Below are positions 22,390-39,603 of a stretch of 64,000 bases of DNA, piece by piece. The notes beneath the pieces were generated by a model. That model saw nothing but the letters and a program-made list of their open reading frames with translations, did no database searches and was not told the origin of the DNA. The stretch is from positions 96,001-160,000 of the forward strand of contig JBGAML010000002.1 of NCBI GenBank assembly GCA_044223005.1, given 5' to 3'. A program made the position numbers and the translations under genes. The DNA is from Candidatus Eiseniibacteriota bacterium (GTDB taxonomy: Bacteria; Eisenbacteria; RBG-16-71-46). Position 1 is the stretch's first letter. Each line of letters starts with the position of its first letter.

Positions 22390-24114
22390 TCACGCGCGCG
22401 GCCGGAGCCGGCGCGACGACTTGTAGGGATAGATGTCGAGTACTTCGCCCGCCCGATGGCGCTCCTGCATCTGGTGCCAGAACGCGATGTCGAGCAGCTC
22501 CTCGTGGTGCGCGAGGAAGACCTGGAGCAGCTCGCCGCGCAGCCCGAGGAACGAGCGGAACTCCTCGGGGAAGATATCCTTCTCGCCCACGAAGAACCAA
22601 GGCTCCCCGGCCCGCTCCTCGTCGTCCCCGGACGGGGCCGGCAGGCGTCGGAACACGCATTCGTCCAGCGGGCAGAGCTCGTCGTAGTCGTAGAAGATGA
22701 GCCGCCCGTGCCGCGAGACGCCGAAGTTCTTGAGCAGCATGTCGCCCGGGAAGATGTTGGTGGCCGCGAGGTCGCGCAGGACCTGGCCGTAGTCGATCAC
22801 CGCGTCGCGGGCGCCCTCGCCGTCGGCTTCGCGCAGGTAGAGGTCCAGCGGCTGCAGCCGGCGCTCGGTGTACAGGTGCCGGATCACGACGCGGCCGTCG
22901 TGGATCTCGACGCTCTCGGCGGCCGTCTTCGCGAGTTCCTCGAGCAGTGCCGGGTCGAACCGCGAGCGCGCGAACTCGAGGTGCTCGAACTCCTGCGCGT
23001 CGACCAGCCGCCCGGCGCGGTCGTGGCGGAACACGAGCCGGTACTTCTCGCGCACCTCGGCGTGCGTGACGGTCTTGGGGAAGTCGAAGCGGTCGCGGAT
23101 CACCTTGAACACGACGTCGAAGCCGGGAAGCGTGAACACGCACATCACCATGCCGCGCTGCCCGGGGGCGATCTCGAAGCGGTCGTCCGAGGCGGCCAGG
23201 TGGTGGAGCAGGGTGCGGTAGAGCTCGGTCTTGGCGTGCTTGCCGTGCCCGATCGCCGAATAGAGGTCCGCGAGCGGTTTGCGCGGCATGATCGAGCGCA
23301 GGAAGTCGACCAGTTCGCGCGGGCGCTCCGCGTGCACGAAGAAATACGAGCGCGCGAAACTGAACACGACGCTCACCTCGTCCTCGGAGAGCAGCACCGC
23401 GTCGACGAACACGCCGGGCTCGCCGCGATGGAGCGCCACGACCAGCGGCAGCGAGGGGCCGTCGGTGTGCAGCTTGCCGACGAGGTACGCGCCCTTGCCG
23501 CGGAAGAACACCTCGGCGGCGAGCTCGATCGCGCGCACCTGCAGCGCGCCCACCTGCCCGCGGATCGCGCGGGCGGTGCGGGCCGCGTCGTCCTCGAGAT
23601 CGGTCCAGCCGGGGGCGAAGGCGAAGTGCTCGAGCGTGCGCCGGACGAGCCGGTCCAGCGGCGCGCCCGCGCGCTCGAACGTCACGGTGAGGCTCCACGG
23701 CGGGCCATAGGCCGGCGCGACGGATTCGGACGAGACGAACTCGACCGCGGGATCGACGCCGATCGTGTGGAACAGCCGTCGCGTCACCGAGTTGAAGAAC
23801 GTCTCCGCCAGTTCGACGTCGCCGCGGCCCGAGAGGCGCCGCGCGAACTCGGCGCGGACCCGCGTCCAGGTGGGCCGATCGGTCGCGCGCTCGCCCAGCA
23901 CGTCGGCGAGCCGCGCGAGCGACTCGCGCAGGCAGTCGCCGTAGGCATCGAGCCGCAGGCCGTGGTCGCGCTGCATGGCGTGCCAGTCGGCGCGCTCGAA
24001 GTTCTCGCGCGCCCGGCGGGTCAGCGCGGCCACCCGCCGGCCGAGTTCCGCGTACGCGTCGTCGATCGCGGCCGCCGCCTCGCGGACGAGCGCGCCGTCG
24101 GCGGCGGTGCTCAT
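22390..24114 (-). CDS. aceK: Isocitrate dehydrogenase kinase/phosphatase
   Basis: [49 protein letters not shown] and FYDYDEL. Confidence 0.96.
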   Translation of the reverse strand: MSTAADGALVREAAAAIDDAYAELGRRVAALTRRARENFERADWHAMQRDHGLRLDAYGDCLRESLARLADVLGERATDRPTWTRVRAEFARRLSGRGDVELAETFFNSVTRRLFHTIGVDPAVEFVSSESVAPAYGPPWSLTVTFERAGAPLDRLVRRTLEHFAFAPGWTDLEDDAARTARAIRGQVGALQVRAIELAAEVFFRGKGAYLVGKLHTDGPSLPLVVALHRGEPGVFVDAVLLSEDEVSVVFSFARSYFFVHAERPRELVDFLRSIMPRKPLADLYSAIGHGKHAKTELYRTLLHHLAASDDRFEIAPGQRGMVMCVFTLPGFDVVFKVIRDRFDFPKTVTHAEVREKYRLVFRHDRAGRLVDAQEFEHLEFARSRFDPALLEELAKTAAESVEIHDGRVVIRHLYTERRLQPLDLYLREADGEGARDAVIDYGQVLRDLAATNIFPGDMLLKNFGVSRHGRLIFYDYDELCPLDECVFRRLPAPSGDDEERAGEPWFFVGEKDIFPEEFRSFLGLRGELLQVFLAHHEELLDIAFWHQMQERHRAGEVLDIYPYKSSRRLRPRA

Positions 24115-24962
24115 GCCGATGCCGCGGCGCCGAGCGGCAGCGTCATCTCGAGCTGGCCGGCCTCGCGCGTGGCGCCCGCGGCGCGCATCACGCGCGCCAC
24201 CGCGCCGTCGGCGGGGAAGTTGAGCGCGCGCACGGGCGAGCCCCACGCGGCCACGCCGGCGAGCAGCGCCCGCGCCGTGGCGTCGTCGTCGTGCACCGCG
24301 GCCGCCTGCAGCAGCGAGGCGCGGCCGGCGACGGCGATGCCGACGGCGGCGGCGACCCGTCGGCCGTCGGCCACGAGTTCCAGCCCGCCGAGGCGCGCCT
24401 CGGCCGACGCGAAGCGGCGCACGGACGCGGATTCGCGCTGCCACGGCTCCGGCGCGGGCCGGTGCGCGGCGATCCACGCCAGCGCGTCCTCGACCTCGAT
24501 CGCGCGCGCGCCGTCCGCGGGCAGCGGGTTCGCCAGCGACCACACCTCGACGCGCCGCCATTCGCGGAAGCCCAGCGACTCGTAGAGCGCGATCGCGGGG
24601 GCGTTCTGCTCGAGCACCTCGAGCTGCAGCGTGCGCGCGCCCGCGCGGGCAGCCGCGGCCGCCGCCGCCCGCATGAGCCGCCGGCCGGTGCCGCCGCGCC
24701 GCGCCGAGGGCACGACGCCCATGCCGCCGATCCAGGCGCGCTCGCCGCGCAGCCCGAGCATGACGATCCCGACCGGTTCGCCGTCGCGCACCGCGACCTG
24801 CGAGCCGTCCCGGTCGAGGTCGAAGCGCTCGATCATGCCGGTGAACGCGGCCGTGTCGACGTGGATCGGCACGAAGTAGTCCGCGTAGACCGCGCCGAAC
24901 AGCGCGGCGAGCGCGTCGGCGCTCCAGCGGCGGGCGGATTCGAGTTCGATCGCGTGGCTCAT
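24111..24962 (-). CDS. GNAT family N-acetyltransferase (tandem GNAT-like)
   Basis: GMGVVPSARRGGTG motif A and LEVLEQNAPAIALYESLGF. ATGA overlap with aceK. Confidence 0.88.
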   Translation of the reverse strand: MSHAIELESARRWSADALAALFGAVYADYFVPIHVDTAAFTGMIERFDLDRDGSQVAVRDGEPVGIVMLGLRGERAWIGGMGVVPSARRGGTGRRLMRAAAAAAARAGARTLQLEVLEQNAPAIALYESLGFREWRRVEVWSLANPLPADGARAIEVEDALAWIAAHRPAPEPWQRESASVRRFASAEARLGGLELVADGRRVAAAVGIAVAGRASLLQAAAVHDDDATARALLAGVAAWGSPVRALNFPADGAVARVMRAAGATREAGQLEMTLPLGAAASA

Positions 24963-25016
24963 GCCGGCACCTCCCCGTGAGGCGGGCAGCATACGGGCGC
25001 CGGGGGAGAAGAAGGA

Positions 25017-25045
25017 AGGGCCCGGCGGTGATGCCACCGGGCCCT
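25017..25045 (-). terminator. Hairpin terminator after yceI
   Basis: agggcccgg...ccgggccct stem, followed on the minus strand by a pyrimidine-rich tract. Confidence 0.6.
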
Positions 25046-25066
25046 CCTCACCGCTCGGGGGTGCGG

Positions 25067-25672
25067 CTACTTCGCTTCGTTGCCCTCGATGTTCAGCACG
25101 ATCGTGACGTCGTCGGACAGCATCATCCCGCCGTTGTCGAGCACCTTGTTCCAGTTGATGCCGAAGTCCTTGCGGTTGACGACGGCGGTCGCGGTGAAGC
25201 CGGCCTTGCCGCCCCAGCTCTGGCCGCCCACGCCGACCGCGCCCGCGCCGAGGAACTCGCCGTCAAACACGACCGGCTTGGTGACGCCGCGCATCGTGAG
25301 GTCGCCGGCGATCTTGTACTTGTTCTTGCCGGCCGCGGTGACCTTGGTGCTCTTGAAGCTCAGGGTCGGGAACGAATCGGCCGCGAAGAAGTCGGCGCTG
25401 CGGAGGTGGCCGTCGCGCTTCTCGTTGTCGGTCCAGATGCTCTTGGCTTCGGCCGTGGCGTCGACGCTGATCTTGGACGGATCCGCGGCGTCGAACACGA
25501 TCGTGCCCTGGAAGGTGTTGAAGCGCCCGTGCACCTTGCTGAACAGGTGGCGCACGTCGAAGCCGACTTCGGAGTGGGCCGCGTCGACCGTGTACTTGGC
25601 GGGAGCGGCGGCGGCGAGCGAAGCCATGGACGCGACGGCGACGAGCGCGAGGGCGATTCGGCGGAACGACAT
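25067..25672 (-). CDS. YceI family polyisoprenoid-binding protein
   Basis: Signal peptide, HSEVGF.VRH, RDGHLRSADFF, GDLTMRGVTK and RKDFGI. Confidence 0.92.
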   Translation of the reverse strand: MSFRRIALALVAVASMASLAAAAPAKYTVDAAHSEVGFDVRHLFSKVHGRFNTFQGTIVFDAADPSKISVDATAEAKSIWTDNEKRDGHLRSADFFAADSFPTLSFKSTKVTAAGKNKYKIAGDLTMRGVTKPVVFDGEFLGAGAVGVGGQSWGGKAGFTATAVVNRKDFGINWNKVLDNGGMMLSDDVTIVLNIEGNEAK

Positions 25673-26078
25673 CGTGGAAATCCTCCTCTGACGTGGGAGC
25701 GAAGGTCGGCGGCCGGCTGGCGGCACCGGGGGTCGAGATGCTGCGGCGGCGGGGGCTCGTGCCTCTCGACCGTCGGGAGCTTACGATGCGCAAGCTCGGG
25801 GGGCGTTGCAGGATTTCGTAACCATGAATGTGTTCAAACACACAATCGCGGGTGCGCTCCGGAACGCACAAGTTCGGCTGCCACTTGCACGGTTGACAGG
25901 AACTCGACAAGCGCGGGGAAGCCCCGGAAACCCCGCGATCCCTCGCGGGAGATGGCCTCGCTCCGGCCCTCCCTGGCCGGGCGGGAGTGCCGGATTCGGG
26001 TTAGACTGCCGTCTCGCCTTCCGCACGCCATCCCGTCCCCGGTGCCCACCCGCCGGGGCCGTACTTCGAGGAGGTCCC

Positions 26079-27680
26079 ATGAATCCGTCGGCCACCGGTA
26101 CCCTCGCGCCGGTCTCGCTGGAATCGCTGCCGCCCTACGCGCCCACCACCTACGTCGACTTCTCGCAGCCCGCCCACCGCGCCGCCTTCGAGGCCGCGCT
26201 CGCGGGCGTGCGAGCACAGGCCGGCGGCGAGTACTCGCTCGTGATCGGCGGGCAGCGCGAGAGCGGCTCGGGCACGTTCGCGTCCACGAACCCCGCGAAC
26301 CCGTCCGAAGTGCTCGGACGCTTCGCGAGCGCGACGGTGGACCAGGCGCAGCGTGCGGTCGAGACCGCCTACGCGACGTTCCGCACGTGGTCGCGCGTGG
26401 CGCCGGCCGAGCGCGCCGCGTACCTGGTCGAGGCGGCGAAGCGCATGAAGGAGCGCCGCCACCACTTCTCGGCGTGGATGGTGCTCGAGATCGGCAAGAG
26501 CTGGGGCGAGGCCGACGCCGACACCGCCGAGGCGATCGACTTCCTCGAGTTCTACGCCCGCGAGATGCTGCGCTACGACCAGCCGCAGCCCGTGCACCAG
26601 ATGCCGGGCGAGAAGGACACGATGGTGTACCTGCCCATCGGCGTGGGCGCCGTGATTCCGCCGTGGAACTTCCCGCTGGCCATCTGCGTCGGCATGACCG
26701 TCGCGGCGGTCGTCACGGGCAACACCGTGGTGCTCAAGCCGGCGAGCGACACGCCGGGCATCGCGTGGCAGTTCTTCGCGCTCATGGAGGAGGTCGGGCT
26801 CCCGGCGGGCGTGATCAACTTCCTCACCGGCAGCGGTGGCGTGGTCGGTGACGCGATCGTGCGCCACCCGAAGACGCGGTTCGTGTCGTTCACGGGCTCG
26901 CGCGAGGTGGGCATCGGCATCAACCAGCTCGCCGCGCAGGTGCAGCCGGGCCAGATCTGGCTCAAGCGCGTCGTGGCGGAGATGGGCGGCAAGGACGGCA
27001 TCGTGATCGACGACGAGGCCGACCTCGACGCTGCGGCGCTCGGCGTCGCGCAGTCGGCGTTCGGGTTCGGCGGCCAGAAGTGCTCGGCCTGCTCGCGCGC
27101 GATCGTCGTGGACAAGGTGCACGACGCCTTCGTCGAGAAGCTGCTCGCGCAGATCGCGAAGTTCGTGAACGTGGGCGATCCGGCGACGTACGGCACCTAC
27201 ATGGGGCCGGTCGCGAGCCAGCGCGCCATGAAGACGATCCTCGACTACATCGAGGTGGGGAAGAAGGAAGGCAAGCTGCTGCTGGGCGGCGGGCCCGTGC
27301 CGGGCGCGACGGGCTGGTTCGTGCAGCCGACGGTGTTCGACGACATCGCCCCGACGGCGCGCCTCGCGCAGGAGGAGATCTTCGGGCCGGTGCTCGCGAT
27401 CATCCGCGCGAAGGACTTCGACGACGCCCTCGCGATCGCGAACAACACCGAGTACGGCCTGACGGGCGCGTGCTTCTCGCGGAACCCGGCCAAGATCCAG
27501 AAGGCCCGCGACGAGTTCTTCGTCGGGAACCTCTACCTGAACCGCAAGTGCACGGGCGCCATGGTGGGCTGCCACCCGTTCGGCGGCTTCAACATGAGCG
27601 GCACCGACAGCAAGGCCGGTGGCCGCGACTACCTGCTGCTGTTCCTGCAGGCCAAGAGCGTCGCCGAGAAGATCGGCTGA
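26079..27680 (+). CDS. pruA: L-glutamate gamma-semialdehyde (P5C) dehydrogenase
   Basis: PWNFP, EMGGK, GQKCSACSR, EEIFGP and HPFGGFNMSGTDSK. GAGGAGG RBS. Confidence 0.93.
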   Translation: MNPSATGTLAPVSLESLPPYAPTTYVDFSQPAHRAAFEAALAGVRAQAGGEYSLVIGGQRESGSGTFASTNPANPSEVLGRFASATVDQAQRAVETAYATFRTWSRVAPAERAAYLVEAAKRMKERRHHFSAWMVLEIGKSWGEADADTAEAIDFLEFYAREMLRYDQPQPVHQMPGEKDTMVYLPIGVGAVIPPWNFPLAICVGMTVAAVVTGNTVVLKPASDTPGIAWQFFALMEEVGLPAGVINFLTGSGGVVGDAIVRHPKTRFVSFTGSREVGIGINQLAAQVQPGQIWLKRVVAEMGGKDGIVIDDEADLDAAALGVAQSAFGFGGQKCSACSRAIVVDKVHDAFVEKLLAQIAKFVNVGDPATYGTYMGPVASQRAMKTILDYIEVGKKEGKLLLGGGPVPGATGWFVQPTVFDDIAPTARLAQEEIFGPVLAIIRAKDFDDALAIANNTEYGLTGACFSRNPAKIQKARDEFFVGNLYLNRKCTGAMVGCHPFGGFNMSGTDSKAGGRDYLLLFLQAKSVAEKIG

Positions 27681-27698
27681 ACCGCCGACGACACCGCC

Positions 27699-27728
27699 AG
27701 GCCGGTGGGAGCTCGCTCCCGCCGGCCT
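27699..27728. terminator. Hairpin between the convergent pruA and Hpt genes
   Basis: aggccggtgggagc-tc-gctcccgccggcct. Confidence 0.6.
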
Positions 27729-27749
27729 TCGTCGTCGGAGCCGTCCGGC

Positions 27750-28097
27750 TCAAGCCGCCTTGCCGATCCGGTTCTTGAGGACGACGGCGAGTTCCGTGAA
27801 CTCGGCCTCGAAGCGCGCGAGCGTCGCGGGAACGGCCGCCAGGTCGCCCTTCTTGCCCGCCTGCTCCAGCTCCAGCGCGATCGCCGCGAAACCCTTCGCG
27901 CCGATGGTCGCGCTGGCGCCCTTCAGGGCGTGCGCCGTCGCGCCCACGGCCTTCGCATCGTTCGACGACAGCGCGTTGCGCAGCTTTTCGAGATCGCGCG
28001 GCGCCGAGGCGAGGTACTCCTCGAGCACTTCGCGCTCGAACTCCGCATCGCCGCCGGTGATGGCGTCCAGCTGTCCGTAATCGAACTCCGTGGCCAT
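27750..28097 (-). CDS. Stand-alone Hpt phosphotransfer protein
   Basis: AHALKGASATIGA motif, 115 aa, GGAGGAG RBS. Confidence 0.9.
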   Translation of the reverse strand: MATEFDYGQLDAITGGDAEFEREVLEEYLASAPRDLEKLRNALSSNDAKAVGATAHALKGASATIGAKGFAAIALELEQAGKKGDLAAVPATLARFEAEFTELAVVLKNRIGKAA

Positions 28098-28123
28098 GAC
28101 TCCTCCGTTGAGTGGGCGCGAGG

Positions 28124-30376
<2,253 letters not shown>

Positions 30377-30415
30377 CGAGGGGCCGTCGCGTCGTGCGGC
30401 GGCCCACACCGCGGG

Positions 30416-35362
<4,947 letters not shown>

Positions 35363-35380
35363 GGCGCCCACCCGAATCGC

Positions 35381-36739
35381 TCACCCCCACGCCATCGCGG
35401 CGACGCTGACGAGCGACGTGTCGCGTTCGACGCTCTGCGCGTAACCGAGCGCGCGGCCCGCGGGCGGTGCGGCGCAGCGCAGCGTGGCCCACGTCGGCGC
35501 GTAGCCGCAGATGCGCGTCGCGTCGTCCTTCTCGGCGATGACGCGGAACCACGCGTCCGCGTCGGCCGTGGCCGCCGCGGCGATCGCGGCCTCGTCGATC
35601 GCACGCACCTCGGTCATCACCTCGTCCGTGACGCGGCCGTCGCCGAAGCGCGGGCCGACGTGCGAGAAGTCGACGCCGGCCACGTAGAGCGTGGCGCCTC
35701 CGAGGGTCGCCTCGGCGTCGCGCACCGCATCGACAAGCGCCTGTACCTCGGGCGACTGCGCGGGCGTGAGGCCATCGTCGAGCAGGTGGTAGAAGCCACC
35801 GCAGAGAATCGGCACGATCGTGAACGGCCGGCCGGCGAGCCGGCGCTGCAGGTACAGCACCTGGAACTCGATCGAGTGCTCGTCGCGGTGCGAGAGCTCG
35901 CCACGGTACGCGCTGTCGCCGAGCTTCGCCGCGACGTGGTCCACGAACGCGGTGTCGGTGGTGGCCTTGCCGAGCGGCGTCTGGAAGTGCTTGCGCGTCA
36001 GCGCGTGGAAGCCGCCGACCAGGTTGTGCCCGGTGCCGAAGATCACCACGCGCAACGGCGCGGGCGGCGTCTCGCCCAGCTCGAGGTACGCACGCGCCAT
36101 GAGCGCGCCTTCGCGGCGCGGGTCGAGATGCGGCGCGAGGATCGCGCGCGGCACGTGGTTCGCCGCGGCCGCGGGTTCGCCCTTCTCGTCCCGCAGCTTC
36201 ACCGCGGCCGCGAAGTGCTCGTCGAGGAACGCTTCCAGCGCCTCGCGCTCGGCGGGGTAGGAGACGCCCTCGAGCGCGGCGGGCCGGATCTCGAGCGCGT
36301 GGTAGGCGCTCCGCGCTTCGTCGAGCGCGCGCTCGAAGCGCGGCGACTCGAGCATGAGCAGTTCGTCCAGCTGCGCGATGAAGTCGCGCACCATGTTGCC
36401 GACGCGCAGGTCCTTGCTCTCCTGCATCACGGCGGCCGAGATGTCGGTCAGCGACACGGTGCCGTCCAGCAGCTGCAGGATCGCGAGCGACTCGATGCCG
36501 AGCACGGGCTGCCCGGTCATGATGCCCATCGGGTCCTGCACGACCAGCAGTTCGCGCTCGCCGTCGCGCACGGGCAGGATCATCAGCCGGCGCAGGCGCG
36601 GGTACTCCGGCAGCTCGTCCGCACTCTCGCGCACCGCGCCGGGCGGCAGGATGATGCGCGGCTTTTCCGTCGGCTCGGGCTCGGCGCCGGGAATGATGAG
36701 GCGCGACTTGGCGGGCGGATCGTCGTCGAGCGGAACCAT
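35381..36739 (-). CDS. MEMO1/AmmeMemoRadiSam protein B family, with an N-terminal extension
   Basis: APHLD, GTGH, FQTPLG, HRDEHSIEFQ, VDFSHVGPRFGD and ICG. Confidence 0.88.
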   Translation of the reverse strand: MVPLDDDPPAKSRLIIPGAEPEPTEKPRIILPPGAVRESADELPEYPRLRRLMILPVRDGERELLVVQDPMGIMTGQPVLGIESLAILQLLDGTVSLTDISAAVMQESKDLRVGNMVRDFIAQLDELLMLESPRFERALDEARSAYHALEIRPAALEGVSYPAEREALEAFLDEHFAAAVKLRDEKGEPAAAANHVPRAILAPHLDPRREGALMARAYLELGETPPAPLRVVIFGTGHNLVGGFHALTRKHFQTPLGKATTDTAFVDHVAAKLGDSAYRGELSHRDEHSIEFQVLYLQRRLAGRPFTIVPILCGGFYHLLDDGLTPAQSPEVQALVDAVRDAEATLGGATLYVAGVDFSHVGPRFGDGRVTDEVMTEVRAIDEAAIAAAATADADAWFRVIAEKDDATRICGYAPTWATLRCAAPPAGRALGYAQSVERDTSLVSVAAMAWG

Positions 36740-36920
36740 GGCACTCCCGGTGGTTGGGAAATCGGAGGTCGGCGGAGCGCGCAGTGTATCCGCGGCCCGC
36801 GAGCCCCTCAAACGCGCCGCGGCCCCGCGTCCGCGCTCCGGGCGCGCGGGCCGGGCGTTCGCCGGTGGGGCCAGATTCCGCGTGCGTTCCCGGCGCGCTT
36901 GCTTCAAGATGCCCCGCTCA

Positions 36921-37421
36921 ATGACCACACAGGCGATGGCGAAGCTGCTGGACTCGTATCTCACCGACCTCGAGGGCCAGCCCGGATTCTGGCGGGGCGC
37001 CCGCAACGAGGTTCCCGTTTTCGTCTTCAGCGACGACGAGCACGACCGCATGCGGATCATGTCGCCGATCGGCGTGATCGAGGAACTCGACGCGGACCTG
37101 CTCCACGTGCTGCTGCAGGCCAACTACGACCGGGCGCTCGACGCGCGCTACGCCATGCGCGGAAACGAGCTGTGGGCCGTCGTGGTGCACCCCCTCGCCA
37201 CGCTGGCCACGGACGACCTGCCGAGCCTGTTCGACCAGGTCGTGATGCTGGCCAAGAACACGGGGACCACGTTCGCCTCCACGGAGCTGGTGTTCCGCTC
37301 GTTCCCCGAGCAGGATTTCGCCATCGAGACCGAGGAGGAATCGGACGAAAACGGTGGGAACGAAGAGGGCGACGACGAGGGCGAAGCGCCCGACGACGAA
37401 GGAGATTCCGGCAAGCGATGA
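36921..37421 (+). CDS. Hypothetical protein (YbjN/CesT chaperone-like) with an acidic tail
   Basis: DRMRIMSPI...LLQANYDRALDARYA pattern and an E/D-rich C-terminus. Confidence 0.6.
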   Translation: MTTQAMAKLLDSYLTDLEGQPGFWRGARNEVPVFVFSDDEHDRMRIMSPIGVIEELDADLLHVLLQANYDRALDARYAMRGNELWAVVVHPLATLATDDLPSLFDQVVMLAKNTGTTFASTELVFRSFPEQDFAIETEEESDENGGNEEGDDEGEAPDDEGDSGKR

Positions 37422-38284
37422 ACCCGGCACAGGGATCCGTGACGGCGATCGGCATCGACGTTCGCATCGACAGTTCGCTCACCCTGCCCGGCCGCGTGTG
37501 GTGTGCCGAGCGGCCGCGGGCACTCGTCGCGATCGTCCACGGCCTCGGCGAGCACAGCGGCCGCTACGCGGCGCTGGCGTCCGACCTGGTGGCGCGCGCG
37601 CGCTGCACGGTGGTCGCGCTCGACCTGCCCGGCCACGGCGAGGCGCCCGGCCCGCGCGGCGACATGCCGTCGTGGACGCACGTGCGCGACCGCGTGATCC
37701 CGGCGATGTTCACCGCGACGCGCGGACTCCCGGACCAGCCGTTCGAACTGCCGCCGGTCCTGCTCGGCCACAGCATGGGCGGCGCGCTCGCGCTCGACTA
37801 CGCGCTCGCGCATCCGCGTGACCTCAAGGCGGTGATCCTGAGCGCGCCCGCGGTCAAGACGAAGCTGCCGCCGTGGTGGCAGCTGGCGCTCGCCAACGTC
37901 GCCCGCTCCACGGCGCCGTCGACGGGCTTCGCCAACGGGCTCGACCTCTCGGGGCTCAGCCGCGACGAGGAAGTGGTGCGCGCGTACAAGAGCGATCCGC
38001 GCGTGCACGACCGCATCAGCCCGCGCCTCTACTTCGATTTCCGCGAGGCCGGCCAGCGCTGCCTGCGCGACACGCGCGGGCTGCAGGTGCCGACGCTCGT
38101 CTATCAGGGCATGGCGGACCGGCTGATCGACAAGCAGGGCGCGCTCGAACTTTCGGTCGCCGCCGGCGCCGCGATCCGGCTCGTCACCCTGCCGGACCGC
38201 TACCACGAGCTCTTCAACGACCCGGGCCGCGACGAGGTCGTGAAGGACCTCGCCGCCTGGCTGGACGCCGCGCTGGTCGTCTGA
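37418..38284 (+). CDS. Alpha/beta hydrolase (lysophospholipase/monoacylglycerol lipase-like)
   Basis: HGLGEHSGRY, GHSMGG and YHELFN. Confidence 0.9.
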   Translation: MNPAQGSVTAIGIDVRIDSSLTLPGRVWCAERPRALVAIVHGLGEHSGRYAALASDLVARARCTVVALDLPGHGEAPGPRGDMPSWTHVRDRVIPAMFTATRGLPDQPFELPPVLLGHSMGGALALDYALAHPRDLKAVILSAPAVKTKLPPWWQLALANVARSTAPSTGFANGLDLSGLSRDEEVVRAYKSDPRVHDRISPRLYFDFREAGQRCLRDTRGLQVPTLVYQGMADRLIDKQGALELSVAAGAAIRLVTLPDRYHELFNDPGRDEVVKDLAAWLDAALVV

Positions 38285-38301
38285 AGCGCGCCGGGCGCGC
38301 G

Positions 38302-38883
38302 GTGGCTGCGCTCGCGGGCCGCGCAACGCTGGCGCTCGCCGCCGCCTCGCTGGCGCTGCTGGTGCCCGGGCTGCTCGAGCGGCCGCAGCGCGCCGACGTC
38401 ATCGTCGTGCTCGGCTCCTACGTGCGGCGCGACGGCTCGCCGTCGCCGCGGCTGCAGGCGAGGCTCGACCGCGGCGTCGCCGACTGGCGAGCCGGCTACG
38501 CGCCGGTGATCGTGGTCTCGAGCGGCGTGTTCGACGGTCTGGACGAGGCCGCGGCCATGCGCCGCTACGCGCTCGCGCAGGGCGTGCCCGACTCGTGCGT
38601 CGTCGCCGATCCGCACGGCCGCAACACCTGGGAGACCGCGCGCTTCGTGCGCGCGTGGCTCGATCAGCACCACGGCCGCTCGGCGCTGGCGGTGTCGCAG
38701 CGCTTCCACCTGCTGCGCTGCCGGATCGCGCTGCACCGGTTCGGCGTGCCGCTCGTCTCGACGGACGGGCCCGATTACTATGAATGGCGCGACCTGCTCG
38801 CGATGCCGCGCGAGGTCGCTGCCCTCGTGAAGTACGTGTTCCGGCCGGCACCGCGCCGGTCCGCCTCCGGAGGAACCCCGTGA
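38302..38883 (+). CDS. YdcF/SanA (DUF218) family protein
   Basis: ADVIVVLG, RLDRG, EAAAM, NTWET, FHLLR and REV. Start approximate. Confidence 0.8.
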   Translation: MAALAGRATLALAAASLALLVPGLLERPQRADVIVVLGSYVRRDGSPSPRLQARLDRGVADWRAGYAPVIVVSSGVFDGLDEAAAMRRYALAQGVPDSCVVADPHGRNTWETARFVRAWLDQHHGRSALAVSQRFHLLRCRIALHRFGVPLVSTDGPDYYEWRDLLAMPREVAALVKYVFRPAPRRSASGGTP

Positions 38884-39554
38884 CCGCTGGACCCCGAGTC
38901 GTCTCCGTCCGCATCGGCCGCGTGCGCGAACTGCCGCGCCCCGAGTGGGACCACCACGCCGAGCGCACGTGGCGCACGGGTTACCTCAAGGAAGAAGTCG
39001 CGGGCCCGGTGCGCGTGCAGCGGCTCGGCATGCCCGGCGACGAGGTCGCGGACCTGCGCCACCACGGCGGCGAGCAGATGGCGGTGCTCATGTACTGCGA
39101 CGCGCACTACGCGGAGTGGCGCACGCAGCCGGGGCTCGAGGCGATGGGCCCGGGCGCGTTCGGCGAGAACCTCGCGGTGACGGGCTTCGACGAGTGGAGC
39201 GTCGCGATCGGCGACGTGCTGAAGGTGGGCGACGTCGAGTTCGAGGTCAGTTCGCCGCGCGCCCCGTGCGCCGCGATCTCGCGCGTCTGGAACCAGCCGG
39301 ACCTGCTCGCGCGCGTGGTCGCGAACGGCCGCTCGGGCTGGTACCTGCGCGTGCGGCGCGAGGGCTCGCTCGCGGTGGGCGACGCGGTGGAACGGCTCGC
39401 ACATCCGCACCCGGAGTGGACGGTCGCGCGGGTCTCGGCCGCGCGCGTCGCCGGGCCGAAGGCGCACGCCGACGCGCGTGCGCTCGCGGACCTCGCCGCG
39501 CTCTCGCCGGAGTGGCGCGAGCTCTTCGCGCGCAACGCCGCCGCGGGCGCCTGA
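38880..39554 (+). CDS. MOSC domain protein (YiiM-like)
   Basis: HHGG, GAFGENL, PRAPC and GWYLRV. Confidence 0.88.
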   Translation: MTAGPRVVSVRIGRVRELPRPEWDHHAERTWRTGYLKEEVAGPVRVQRLGMPGDEVADLRHHGGEQMAVLMYCDAHYAEWRTQPGLEAMGPGAFGENLAVTGFDEWSVAIGDVLKVGDVEFEVSSPRAPCAAISRVWNQPDLLARVVANGRSGWYLRVRREGSLAVGDAVERLAHPHPEWTVARVSAARVAGPKAHADARALADLAALSPEWRELFARNAAAGA

Positions 39555-39603
39555 GGCCGCCACCGGGCGCGCGGCCTCGCGACCGCGCGCCCGGCCGGAT
39601 CGC

